A stretch of DNA of 64,000 nucleotides from Chiloscyllium plagiosum (taxonomy: Eukaryota), in assembly GCF_004010195.1 (NCBI RefSeq), contig NC_057720.1:29227732-29291731 (forward strand), written 5' to 3'. This document shows, piece after piece, positions 50,759 through 64,000 of the stretch. The position numbers were made by a program, and so were the translations under genes. The notes under the pieces are model-generated. The model was not told where the DNA came from and did no database searches. It saw only the letters and a list, made by a program, of their open reading frames with translations. The stretch's first letter is position 1. Each line of letters opens with the position of its first letter.

Positions 50759-52409
50759 TAGAGGTGGAGAAGATACTTGTTTGTGGTCAAAACCAGAATT
50801 TAGCACCATAAATAAATCTACTAGAGAACTTGGGAGAAACTACTTTTGTACAATGATTGGTTAGAATTAACCACCAGGTATAGTTGAACCAAATAACGTA
50901 AATGGATTGAAGGATACATGGATAACCATATAAGAAAGAAAGTGGCAGAAGGATATGTTGATGGGTTTATGTTATATGTGGCAATCTTATATGGACCATA
51001 AAAACAGCATGGACCTGTTAGTCCAAATGGTCAGTTTCTGTACTTTCAAATATTTTGTAAAGATACTGATATTTGTATGTAATTTCATATTTGGCAATCT
51101 GTAAAATTGTATTCAATTACTTTTCTCTTATGTTAAGAATCTCAGTAATTGGAGAGTATTTACTGATGACAATATGAATTATGAATTGCTCAATGGTCAT
51201 TAAGAATGTGGATTGTATAAATAGGTTTCTAATTCAGAAGTTAAATAAATGCAGTAACTTATATACATAAAATTTAAGCCATGCCTATGGGCAATAATGA
51301 GATCAACTAATTTCTGTATAATTTTGGGCTTTAGATGATTAACTGATCCGTTTTGCTATCATAGTTTATAACATCATTCATATGCTCAAGTAATGATTGT
51401 GCTTTGTTACGCTATACATATCTGAAGAATCTGTTTTGTAAATGTTGTAATTATGATTTATCACAGACATAGATAATATCTTGTAGCAGTTACAAATCTG
51501 TCCCTCATATCGTCCATCTATAGTGCTATTAGAATATGTGATTGAAAAATATCTATATGCTAATGTCCAGAGTTATTGTTAGACATCTGACAGGCAAAAC
51601 TGAAAGGAGATTTGATACAGAGCCCAATAATTTAGTCATTGGTCAAAAGAACAGTAGGGACAACAGGTAGCAGTTGATGGGTACCACTTCCACAAACGGC
51701 TTTGTTGAATCTTCTCTTACTTGTGATGAATTGTATTGTAAATTATTTAGTTTAAGTGGCTAGGAGTAGTGACTGTGTTAAAATGCAGTACAAAACTGGA
51801 TTTTCTCATTATTTTTAAGGGTTTAGGAACAATAGACCATTGGCATTATTTCCTTATATTGAAAACTATAAACCCAGTTCCATTATTATTTCCACTGTCT
51901 AACTCGTCAGCACAGTGAGGACTCATCACCTGTGTTCCCTCCATTCAAAATTTAACCATATCGAAAATCAAAGTTACAGTGGCCGGATAGAGTAATCAGG
52001 TAAGATAATGTGTAAATTTAAAGTTTTGAATAACAGTCTTGGGGGGCTAAACAGTTTAAACAGTTAAATAGGTTTTCTGGATATCTTAAAACAAAAAAAA
52101 ACCTATTAAGGTTCCTGCAGGCTCAATGTTTCTGTAAGCTAGAGATTACAGTGGGATGTGAGTAGTCTAGTGGGGCTAGGGAGTAGAAGTTGTTTCAGCT
52201 ATACAAAGTCCTGGTTAGGCCATGCCTGGTGAGCATTGCTGGGCAGTACATTTTCGAAAATATCGGCCTTGGAGGGGCTGCAGCATTGATTTACCAGAAT
52301 GACATCTGATCTCTAAGGATTAGGAGTAATTAGAGAAAAAAGTAATTACTACACCTAGAATTTCAAAGATTACGAACTGATTTAATTAAAGTTTCTTGAT
52401 ATTCCTTGC

Positions 52410-52675
52410 TGCAAAGCCTGACCTCCCCATCAAAAACTGTCATGGAGCTCAGCTACAGAACACAGGGAAGTGTTTAACCTCTGCTGACTGCAGGCCTGAT
52501 CCAAAGTTGTTTCATCCTCTGTCATTGTAGTTCAGAACGTCAAACCCAGCACCAAGCTCACAGACTACAGGCTAGTAGTGATGCATGCCCTGCCATATGG
52601 CTGAGAGACATGGACTGTGTATGGTAAATACTTAAAAGTTCTAGAGAAGTCTCACCAATGCTACCTCTGCAAGAA
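52410..52675 (+). mobile_element. RTE-clade LINE fragment
   Basis: accaagctca..ctacagg..gtagtg..ccatatggctgagagacatggact resembles the TKL..Y..V...YG.ETWT C-terminal RTE motif. Confidence 0.5.
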
Positions 52676-54218
52676 CTACAAAGGCAGTTAAGGGGAATCC
52701 GATTGAAGATAAGCCATGATCTCATTGAATAGTAGAATGTGATTGAATTACATGCTGACTGTCTGCAGGAGTGAATCAGCCAGTCCTATTCTCCCATTTT
52801 TTTCCCTTGATCCCGTTAATTTCTTTCTCTTTAGAAAGTTATACTGTTCACTTTAGAAAGCCAGAATGGGTTCTCCCACTATCACTCATTCTGCATTCCA
52901 GATCTGAACCACTCACTAAATAAAATGTTTTATTGTGTCACTTTTTTGCTTCTTTTGCCAATGATCTTAACTTGCTGTCCGCTGATTCTCAACCCCTGTG
53001 TCAAAGGAAACAATTATTCCTCTCGCTACTTCAACCAGACTCTGAAAGAAAATTGGACAAAGATATGCAAAACTTCCCAAAATTCTTTAAGGAAGAACAA
53101 TCCCCAGCATAATTTTCCAGCATAATTGAAGCCTTATTCCAGGAACTATCCTCAAACCTTTTGAGCATCCTGTCCAATGTTTTCACATTCTTCCTAAAAT
53201 GTTGGTCCAAAATTGGATATTTATATAGCAGGTGAGGTTGACTAGTGTTTTGTAAAGGTGAACTACAACTTTCACAGTAAAACCAACTGCCGTTTATACT
53301 CCTAAACCAACTGATGGCACTTTCTGCACATGCAGTTATCCAGGACTCAAGAAACATCCTGGAATTCCAACATGGAAAAGGATGTACGTTCCACAGGATT
53401 TTTAAAATTTATTTGCTCAAAGGATGAGTGTCACCAGCCTGACCTAGCACTCATTGCCCATCCCTATTTGCCCTCAAGATGGCTGTGAGCTGCCAATTTG
53501 AACTGCTAGAGTCCATGAGGTGTAAATACACTCGCACTTTTGAGAGATAAGGGAGCTTTAGGATTTTGATGCAGTGAGGTGAGAGTTTTAACTGAGATGC
53601 TCAGTAAACAATACATTCATTGGACTATTAACAGACTTTGGAAATAAACTTAAGACTTACACCGATGTCACTATATTTTACAAGGTATAAGCTTAATTGT
53701 TTTAATTAACTCTTCTTATACATGTACCTAAGATTTTCTTTTACAGCAAAGTTCAGAATCCTTTTAGTGTTCCTATCCATTTCTATTTAATTTTAACTTT
53801 ATCCCTAAACTTAATTGAATACTAAGTATATGAATTAGCTTAAGTTTCATGCTTATTACTTAATACTGTTTTATTTCATAACCACTTTTCTTATAAATTA
53901 ATTGAATAAATTAAATGTTTAACTGTGCACTCACCCCAGATGATTTGTTATGCTGTGACCTCGTGACATTTTACCATCTTTCACTACTGCTGTTCCCTTC
54001 TGTTGCTCGAGCACTGCCCTCAAAAGCCTTCTGTTGTTGTACTCCTAAAAATAGAAAGGTCAGGAAACCTTTATAGTGTAGCTGTGTAATTCCCTTGTCA
54101 GCAAGTGCATACATTTGGAATATTCATTTTGGACTGCAGTGGAAACTGCCTTGGTTTTGTTGCTGCAAACATTGTTATCATTGGAACAAGCTCAGCCAGG
54201 TGGATCTCATAGAATGGG

Positions 54219-55118
54219 TCCCACCCCACCTCCAACCGCAACAAGGACAAAACCCCCCTGGTCCTCACCTTCCATCTCCCCAACCTCCGCATAAACCGTA
54301 TCATCCGCCAACATTTCCGGCACATACTAATGGACCCCACCACCAGGGATATATTTCTCTCCCCACCCCTATCCGCTTTCCGCAAAGACAATTTCCTCTG
54401 GGACTACCTGGTCAGGTCCACGCCGCACAACAACTCACCCTCCCCTCCTAGCATCTTCCCCTGCCACCACAGGAATTGCAAAACCTACGCCCCCCCCCCC
54501 TTCACCTGCACTTCCACCAATGTCATTTATTGCATCCGTTGCTCCCGATGTGGTCTCCTCTCCATTGGCGAGACTGGATGCCTTCTCGCAGAGCGCTTGA
54601 GGCAACATCTCCGGGACATCTGCACCAATCAACCCCACTACTCCGTGGCCGAACATTTCAACTCCCCCTCGCATCTGCCAAGGACATGCACGTCCTGGGC
54701 CGCCTCCACCACCACTTCCTCACCACCTGACACCTGGAGGAAGAACACTTCATCTTCTGCCTCGGAACACTTCAACCCCAGGGCATCAACATAGACTTCA
54801 TCAGTTTCCTCATTTCCCCTCACCCCCATCTTACTCCAGTTCCAAACTTGCAGCTCAGCACCGCCCTCATGATCTGTCCCACCTGTCAATCTTCTTCCCC
54901 ACCTATCTGCTCCACCCTCCTCTCCGACCTGTCACCTTTACCCCTTCCTCCATCCACCTATCACACTCTCTACTACATACTCCCCAGTCCCATCCCCTCC
55001 CATTTATCTCTCCACTCCTGAGGCTTCTAGCCTCATTCCTGATGAAGGGCTCCTGCTTTTCCTGCTCCTTGGATGCTGCCTGACCTGCTGTGCATTTCCA
55101 GCACCACTCTAATCTTGA
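54219..55118 (+). mobile_element. Penelope-like element 3' part with GIY-YIG endonuclease remnant and terminus
   Basis: FTCTSTNVIYCIRCSRCGLLSIGET...ERLRQH...VAEHFN (ORF 54330-54794); terminus cctgatgaagggct with deletion; TSD ctcatag(a/c)at(g/a)gg at 54206 and 55119. Confidence 0.88.
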
Positions 55119-55932
55119 CTCATAGCATAGGAATTCCCTGATTGGGGCTGTTAACCTGGTCCAGTCAGGGAGTACTGGGTGACAGATATAAACAGGAGTG
55201 TCAGGGGTTCTGTTCACTCTAGGAGCCAGCTCTGAGCAGGGTCAGTGTCAAGTGCACATGTAAAGAAAGGCTGTCTTGGTGAAAGCATATAGGCCTTTGC
55301 GGAGTTAAAACAGAAATACGTGTTAGTCACGTATGTTCCAGTAATTAAAAAAAAATTAACATCCCTTTGGGAATTTTAATTCAACCTAATTTTTAAAATG
55401 ATAAAATACTCAGCTGCCTCGCGGCATCTGTGGAGAGATTGGAATTTTGCTCGTGCCACTTCAATCTTTAAGAAGGGTGACAGGGAAATCAGGGAATAAC
55501 AAACCAGTTAATCTGACTGTGGTGGGGAAATTGTTGGAATCTATAATCAATCTATATCTTTGTGTCATCTGCAAACTTAGTGACAATGTCCAGTTCATTA
55601 TTCCAGATCATTACTGTCTAACAAGAATAGTTGTCCCAACATGGACCCCCACGGAACTCCGCCAGTCACCATCTGCCATCCTGGAATGGCCCACTCCTCA
55701 TATTTTCTGTGTTTTGAACATTTGTGGTTTGGAGGGGAGGAGGTAAATCTCAGAAAATTCTAAATCATGGCACTGCTGTTTTTGAAATAAAAAGATTGAG
55801 TATCTTTGGCCTACAACATTTGCTCACAAAAATCTACTTATTTTCCAGTACTTGTGGTATCCACTATGAACATGTGTAAGATCAATTCACTTTGTGGGAA
55901 ATGCAGGCACAAACAACTAATTCATACTCTAA

Positions 55933-56253
<321 letters not shown>

Positions 56254-56924
56254 TGAAATTTGTTGTAACATTGGATCTGTATGAGCCAGTGTAAAGTTGC
56301 CCACTAGTAATAGGTATTATTGATCACAGTGAAATCTGTGGAAAGAAAAGTTAAGCCAGTTGACTGGGTATTGACAAAATAATTTGGAAATAATGAGTGG
56401 ATCAAGCATGTCAGCAAATGTATTTTGTTCAGAGGCCACAAATTATACTAAATGTATGGGAGAGACAAGAACTGGACTGCCCTACAAAGTTAGAACAACA
56501 TTTGGAGAGAGAAAACACATCAAACAGTGTGAACAGCACATGCCTGATAATATTGCAGTATGACTATGCCTCACCTGGTCTAATATTGGATAAGAGCGCC
56601 TTTGAAGGCATTAAAGTAGGTTTTTTTAAAAAAATAGGTGTTCTAACAGCTAAACCATGCAGATTTTCTTTTTTGGAAAGAGATTGAACAAAAAAAAACA
56701 ATATAGGCTGGGAAGACTGCATTGATTTGTCAAATAGCTCTTTGGTTTAATTGGCTTATTCTATTCTCAAGAGCACTTGTGTTTTAATGTTTGTAGAATA
56801 AGTGGATGTATCGAAAAAGCGTTTTTTGGTTTATGGCAAAAAAATCTTGTGATCATGGCCTTGTTTACTTTCTTTTTGTTTGTTTGTTTGTTTTCTTAAA
56901 CATGCTCCCTGTATGTAATACATA

Positions 56925-57455
56925 AGATTTTGGAGCATCTGTCGAGGGGGGAACAGAGTTGACACTTCTTTGAGTCCAACACCATGATTCTTCATAACTG
57001 AAGAGAGAAGTGGAAAAGTCCTGGGTTTTTTACCTGTTGGAAAAGATAAAGGAACAAAAGAAGGGGAGGGCAAATGAGGTTAGAGGCTATATGACACAGG
57101 ACAAAAAGTAAAGGGAATGGTAATGATTGTAGAGTAGGGTGAGGGATCCAGAGAGATTATTAATAGCATTATATAGCTCAGCTCTGCTGAAAGTAAAACC
57201 TAGAAAACCAGAAATTACATGGTAGGGTGGACAAAATGTGGACAGATTTTAAGTTGTTGAATTCAATGTTGAGTGTAGAAGGCAATAAGGTGTCTAAATG
57301 GAAAATGCGGTGTTGTTCCTCCAGCTTGCATTGAATTGTTCTATCATCCTGACCAGTCCAACAAGTATGACTCTTGACATTTCGATTGCTTGCCATTTTA
57401 ATGTGCCACCTTGCTCTCATGCTGTCATTTATGTCCTACTTCAGCCAGTGTTCCA
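56925..57455 (-). mobile_element. Decayed Penelope-like fragment (family B)
   Basis: ORF 57178-57420 KLEEQHRIFHLDTLLPSTLNIEFNN, the Penelope C-terminal motif. Confidence 0.6.
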
Positions 57456-57465
57456 GTGAAGCTGG

Positions 57466-57682
57466 ATATCCCTCACCCTATCCCTGTAACCCTGCATTTA
57501 CCATTGGTAATCCACCCAGCCTGCACATTTTTGCACTGTGGGAGGAAACCAGAGCACCAGCAGAAACTCACGCAGACCTAGGGAGAACTTGAAAACTCAA
57601 CATAGACAGACAGTCACTCAAGGCTGGAATTGAACTTGGGCCCATGGCACTGTGCGACAACAGTGCTAACCACTGTGCTGCC
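57466..57682 (-). mobile_element. HE1/V-SINE-type SINE
   Basis: gggaggaaaccagagcacc...ggaattgaac...gtgctaaccactgtgctgcc. Confidence 0.8.
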
Positions 57683-58859
57683 TGTAAATCCTCTCTCATT
57701 ACTACAGTGATGGTTTCCTTTATTAATAATGCAATGGTCCCACCTCTCATCACGCCTGCAACTTCTATTGAATGATGTACTGCTTGTCCTGCCCTTTTTT
57801 CAACCATATAATATATTCTCATGTGCTGATCAATGCTTTTAAATCCATCTACCTTATCAGTCAAGCTCCTTGCATTAAAACAGATGTACTTTAGCTTTTG
57901 GGACCTCCTGAGTGCCTTATCATGCTCATGTCTTCTCCACCTTCTGGACTGTCCTAGTATTCCTTCTATATCTGGTTGGACCTTGTTCCTGACTTTACAT
58001 CTACTTTGTGGCTCTGCCCCCTGTCAAAACAGTTTTAAACCTCCCCAACACCTCCTTCCTGTTGCCTTTCAAATTAGTCTGTTATTGCAGATACTACGGT
58101 CGAGACCAAAACACCCTGCTTTTCTATATAGTTAGCTGCAGAAGAAATGAAACAGGAAATATATAGCAGTACCATTATAGTTAGTTAGAGTATTTATCAT
58201 GGAGTATAGCAAAAAAAAATGCTCCAACAAATCTGCAAATTCTGACTTCAGAACACCACTCTGCCCACTTCTAAGTGAAAAACAATTGTTCAATTACACT
58301 CAACTTGGCTAAGGGACAGAAAGTATATATTTATGCTCCAAATGGCCCTTAAATTGGCATTAAGTTTTGCTATGTTTTTGCTGCTATTCTAGTATGTTGA
58401 AATCCCCACCAGCTATCTTATCCTCACCAACCCATTTTGTTACTGTAACAAAAATTCAGTCAAGTTTATTGAACTCTATGCATTTGTTCAAAGCAAATAC
58501 TGACTTTCAGTTCTTGCTCATACCTTTCCAACTATGCTAAGTAATTTTGTCCCAGCTAATTGTCTCTAAAGGACTCTCCATTCTGAGCTGATCGATTTGG
58601 AGTTGCAGCATTATACTCATCCCCTTTTTAAAATGGGCAATAGTATTTGCAACGTTGTAGTTTGAGTGCCACCCAGTATATTGAAGAAAACTAAAACATT
58701 GTAGTTGGATCTCCCATAATTTTCTCCTTGTTCCCATTTGTAACCTGTGATATAAAACAGATTGAGTGATATCTATTAGAACATCTGGATAACAAGAGTA
58801 CCTATGTCAGGCTTCTTTATTGATTACAGTTCCACCTATACTGTAAATCCACCTCTAAA

Positions 58860-60315
58860 CTCAGAGGCCTAGGTCTCGGCTCCTCCCTCTGTAACCGAAT
58901 CCTCTACTTTCTGACCCATAGACTGTAATTAGTAGGAATAGATAGCAACACCACCTCGACCATAATCAGGTGCCCTGCAAGGCTGCATACTCAGCCCCCT
59001 ATTATACTCCTCACACAGTCATGACTGTGTTGCCAAATTCCACCCCAACTCCATTTACAAATTTGCTGATGACACCACCATTGTAGGTTGGATCTCAAGC
59101 AGTGACAACACAGATTACAGGAAAGAGATTGAGTGCTTTGCAGCATGGTGTAAAGACAAAATCTCTCCATCAACACTAGCAAAATGAAGGGTGGTCATTG
59201 ATTTCAGGAAGCGGAGTGGAGGGCACACCTGTCTGCATCAGTGCTGAGGTGGAGATGGTCGACAGCCTCAAGTTCCTGGGGGTAATGATCACTAACAATC
59301 TGTCCTGGTCCATCCATGTCAACGTGACAATCGAGAAAGCACGCCTCTACTGCCTCAGGAAGCTAAGAAAATTTGGCATGTCCACAAGGACTCTTACCAA
59401 TCTTTATAGATGCATCATAGAAAGCATCCTATCTGGATGCACCACAGGAATGCAGGTCCTGGGCCGCTTCCATCGCCAAACCCTTACTACCCGATGCCTG
59501 GAGGAAGAACACCTCATATTCTGCCTTGGGACTCTGCAACCACATGGAATCAATGTGGATATCAACAGGTTCCTCCACATTATCCCAGTCCTAAGCCCTC
59601 AACTCTGCACAGCCCTCCTGACCTGTCCATCACCTTTCCCATCCATCCGCTCCGCCCTCCTCTCCTTCACCTTCATTTACTTATCGCATTCTCAGCTACC
59701 TCAACCCCCCCCCCCGAAACAACCCCACTCCCCTCCCAATTATCTCTCACCTCTCCAACCCACAAGCCTCATTCCTGGTGAAGGGCTTATGCCCGAAACA
59801 TTGGTTCTACTGCACCTTGGATGCTGCCTGACCTGCTGTGCTTTTCCAGAATTTCACTCTCGATTGGATGCATTACAGCTTGGTATGGCAACAGCTCTTC
59901 CCAAGACTGTAAGAAACTACAGAGAGTCATGAACACAGCCCAGTTCATCAGGCAAATCAGTCTTTCATCCATTGACTCCACCTATAATTCCCATTGCCTC
60001 AGGAAAGCAATTAACATAATCAAAGACCCCTCCCATTCCGGCTATACTCTGTTCCATGGGGCAGAAGACATAAATATTTAATACATGTATAAATAGATCC
60101 AAGGATAACTTCTTCCCTACAGTTATCAGACTTTTGAATGAACCTCTCCAATATTAACTCTGATTTCTCTCTGTGCACCTTCTCTGCAGCTGTAATGCTG
60201 TAGTCTGCACTCTGTTCTGCTACCCTGATGCACTTTGTATAGTATGATTTGCCTATGTAGCACACAAAACAACACTTTTCACTGAATCTCAATACATGTG
60301 CCAACAATAAAATCA
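58860..60315 (+). mobile_element. Rex1/Babar-type LINE RT 3' part, interrupted by Penelope
   Basis: KFADDTT, KFLGVMITNNLSWS, RLYCLRKLRKFG, IESILSGC|ITAWYGNSSSQDCKKLQRV; aataaaatcaa tail. Confidence 0.8.
59448..59864 (+). mobile_element. Penelope 3' fragment inserted into the Rex1 element
   Basis: LEEEHLIFCLGTLQPHGINVD motif; TSD tggatgca(cc/tt)acag at 59434-59447 and 59865-59878; mutated hammerhead at 59775-59802. Confidence 0.85.
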
Positions 60316-60857
60316 ATATTTTAAGTACTTTTTAAAATCCTATTTAAATCACTGATGCCTGTTTTGTGGCTGCATTGACCAAATCTGGGCACTGACAATA
60401 TCAGGTGTTTTTTTTTGTATTCAAAATTGTTAATTTAAAGTTTGATTTTATTCAAAATGAAAAACATAAAAGCAATTGTGCAGATGAACAAAATCTGAAA
60501 TAAAAACCGAATGCTGGAAATATTCAGGTCGGACAACAGGAACTGGTTCTGAGGAAAGGTTGTTAATCCTGGAACATTAATTTTTATTTCTGTCTCTTCA
60601 CAGATCCTCCTTGCCCTGCTGAGTGCTTCCAGTATTCACTGCTTGAAATATTTATTTTTTCTTGGAGGATGTTATCCTCCAAGATGGCACAAGTTAGTTA
60701 TCAACTAGTATAGCAGCAACAATGCAGATTGGGTGTGTCAGACTTTCACTGCAAACAGCTTAGGGAAATGTATTCCTTACTATGCAATATTTAAGGTGTC
60801 TGATAGAATTCTTGTGTCTCTGATTTATGTAATTAACTTCTTGTTCTCCCTGTGAAG

Positions 60858-60913
60858 GTATAGCGCATAGAGATCTGAAGCCAGAGAACATCCTTTGTGA
60901 ATTTGCAGAACAG
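60858..60913 (+). CDS. MKNK1: MKNK1 exon: GIAHRDLKPENILCEFAEQ (catalytic loop); gene continues beyond the window
   Basis: 56 nt, phase 1-0, ttctccctgtgaag / cag|gtaaaa. Confidence 0.95.
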
Positions 60914-62409
60914 GTAAAATGTCTGTTGTACCAGTTTACCTGTACAACTTGACATCATATTGAGTACGTTTGTTAAAGGGTATGCTGATTACTTGTGTCA
61001 CTGAGATGTTTTCCAAACTGAACTTGATGCTTCCCTCCTGTAAGGGAATGCTGCTCACTTTGCATTTCAATAACTGAAATTAGCTGTTGAGATGGTTAGC
61101 TCCTTTGGGTTAATAAAAAATGACTATTCATGTAGGTTTTTATGCCCTTTTTCAAAATTTCAAACTACTTTTCTTTAGAAACTGTACAGTTAGTGTGCAT
61201 GAGAATAGACAGCAAAAAGCTGAAAAAAGCATCAGTGAGATAGGAAATATGGAGTGATGGAGATAGATTCAAAGAAAAGGAATGCAGATTGATTCTGAAC
61301 CATGAGTGCCTGAGTCACGTGGATGCCAGTTTGCTAATTCAGTTTTAGACTTCATTAAAATTCAATGGCTTATAATTTCAAAATATGTACAAACTGCTCC
61401 AGGGACATTAGATTAAACAAAATGCCAGCATGTTGGCTGATGTTCCTTGCCAGGTTTACGTTGTTCCTTAAATAGATGTTAGATGCAGCCAGCGTGGATG
61501 CCTGTATAATACCTGTGGAACTTGTAAATCATGTTATGATTTTAAGCTATCTTGTGTGCAGTCCAGCACACATACACATTATCATTTGACCAAAATTCTA
61601 ATGATGTTAGTTTGGAGCTATGTACACTGAATAATTCCTAATTCCATCTTTTCTTCATTTATGAATGAAACTACATCTGATGTAGAACTCAGATGTCCAC
61701 TGGATAAGCCCAATGAATTGCCAGTTATTATGAATTGCAGCATTTCAAAGCCGGATTTGATTGCGGTTTGGGTAGGAACTTGCAGGTACATATTCCTGCT
61801 TAGTCATTGGATTTGTACATTGTGGCTGTGATATTTTATATTTATTTCAAGTCAGCTTTTAGTGGTTTTTTAAATACAATGTTAGATTACAACTTTGCTA
61901 GTTTTAGAGAGTGACTACTGGTGCATTAATAGATTTAACTTTCTCTGAAACATTGCTCCACTTCTCTGGTCTTAAAGGGCCAGTCCTTTTGTAAAATTTC
62001 AATTAGGTCCTATACCAGGGTACCAAATGTTTAATTATTTTGGAAGAGTGAATTAATCACTGGAGGTTTATTACCTTGACCATAGTTATTTTGCCTACTG
62101 TGCAGAAGAAAGTTTTTTTTTTAAAATCCTTATCTTTTTGCCTTAACACAATGAACTGTAATAACCTCTTTGAGACTGGAGCTTGCACTTAGCTAAAAAT
62201 AGGAGCAAATTAAATAATAACTAAACAGTTACTGAAATAAATCTATTATTCTGGTGAATTAAGCATATAATTAATCCTTAAAATAGTGCTGCTGCATTTC
62301 AGTTAAACGTGCAGTCAGTATCTTTAGTAGCAATGTATTTACAAGTGGATGAATGCACTTCCTCTTGCAGTTTTGGTCAGTCATTTGCCAGTGTTGGCAA
62401 GATTCCGTT

Positions 62410-63305
62410 GGCAAAATTGGAGGTGTAGTGGACAGCAAAGAAGGTTACCTCACATTACAACAGGATCTTGATCAGATGGGCCAATGGGCTGAGAAGTGGC
62501 AGATGGAGTATAATTCAGATAAATGTGAGGTGCTACATTTTGGGAAAGCAAATCTTAGCAGGGCTTATACACTTAATGGTAAGGTCCTAGGGAGTGTTGC
62601 TGAACAGAGAGAGCTTGCAGTGCAGGTTCATAGCTCCTTGAAAGTAGAGTCGCAGGTAGATAGGATAGTGAAGAAGGCATTTGGTATGCTTTCCTTTATC
62701 AGTCAGAGTATCGAGTACAGGAGGTGGGAGGTCATGTTGCAGTTGTACAGGACATTGGTTAGGCCACTATTGGAATATTGTGTGCAATTCTGGTCTCCTT
62801 ATCGGAAAGATGTTGTGAAACTTGAAACGGTTCAGAAAAGATTTACAAGGATGTTGCCAGGGTTGGAGGATTTGAACAATGAGGAGAGGTTGAATAGGCT
62901 AGGGCTGTTTTCCCTGGAGCATTGGAGGCTGAGGGGTGATCATCATATAGAGGTTTATAAAATCATGAAGGGCATGGCTAGGATAAATAGACAAAGTCTT
63001 TTCCCTGGGGTGGGGGAGTCCAGAACTAGAGGTTTAGGGTAAGTGGGGAAAGATATAAAAGAGACTTAAGTGGCAACTTTTTCCACACATAAGGTGGTAC
63101 GTATATGGAATGAGCTGCCAGATGAAGTGGTGGAGGCTAGTACAATTGCAACATTAAAAAGGCATCTGGGTGGGTATATGAATAGGAAGGATTTGGAGGG
63201 ATATGGGCCGGATGCTGGCAGGTGGGATTAGATTGTGTTGGGATATCTGGTCGGCATGGGTGAGTTGGACCGAAGGGTCTGTTTCTGTGCTGTATATCTC
63301 TGACT
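62410..63305 (+). mobile_element. CR1 (HER1-type) LINE 3' fragment
   Basis: ORF 62353-63042 LQQDLDQMGQWAEKWQM...LYRTLVRPLLEYCVQFWSP; tail ggaccgaagggtctgtttc is shared with the HE1 SINE 3' end. Confidence 0.9.
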
Positions 63306-64000
63306 GTACAAGATGTGTACTTTTGTTTCACAAAGCATGGGGATTTGTTACAAAAACCGAGATTGCTGGAAAAGCTCAGCAGGTCTGGTAGCATCTGTCG
63401 AGAGAAATCAGAGTTAGCATTTTGGATTGAGTGACTGTCAAGAACAGCACCTGCAGTTCTTTTGGTTTTTATGGGGATTTGTTAGTTCAGTTGGCGGATT
63501 ACTAGAATGATGTGACTGGTGCAGGTTCAATCCTTGTAACAGCTGTAGCCCAGGGAGGCCTGAATCATTGCCTTGCTCCGTTGCATGATGTGGAGTGGTG
63601 CACTTCAAGGCATATACGTCTGGTTCCTTGTGCACTATGAATAATAATGTTAACTTCATAAAATGAGAGGATAGCCATAAAGTGCAGGAGGACATCAACA
63701 GACAGTCACGTTGGCAGAACAGTGGCCACTGGAATGCCACCTGGGAATATATGCGGTAATGCACTTGGGAAGGGCTAACAAGCAAGAGGTTGCATTACAA
63801 ATGGTAGGATCATGGAAAGAACTGCAGATCAGAGGAACCTTGGTGTGCGTATCCACAGATCATTGAAGGTTGCAGGGCTAGTAGAAAAAGTAGTTAAGGC
63901 ATAATAGACACTTGCTTTTATTAAACAAGGCATTGAATGCAATAGCAGAATGCTATCTGGACTGGATGATCTGAGCTAAGAGGCAAGACTGGGTAGGTGG

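Noticed and set aside
59198..59932. 244-aa ORF, the longest in the window
   Set aside because: Chance read-through of a Rex1 RT fragment into an inserted Penelope fragment (TSD visible); not a gene

Overview
Vertebrate nuclear DNA, almost certainly from a shark or other cartilaginous fish: it is dense in HE1/V-SINE-type SINEs, CR1 LINEs and Penelope-type repeats. Two protein-coding genes lie head-to-tail on the + strand. The first is the last coding exon and presumptive long 3' UTR of a MOB3 gene (KVMTEKICH*, most like MOB3C) at 3799. The second is the 5' half of MKNK1 (MNK1 kinase): a CpG-island promoter/first exon at about 14.5-14.9 kb, a fish-type N-terminal coding exon at 25842, and six phase-consistent exons (37823-60913) running up to the HRDLKPEN catalytic loop. 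The gene continues past the window. Nearly all long ORFs in the supplied track are transposon fragments or noise. The most notable non-genic signal is a set of Penelope-derived short fold-back insertions with 11-15 bp target-site duplications. They carry minimal hammerhead-ribozyme cores (CTGANGA-stem II-GAAA-palindromic stem III-NTH), several with compensatory stem changes and some sense-oriented inside MKNK1 introns. A second open question is the MKNK1 N-terminus: the exon needed to bridge the first coding exon to the kinase frame was not found open, and both best candidates contain an in-frame TGA. Repeat boundaries are approximate and family names come from pattern recognition, not database searches.
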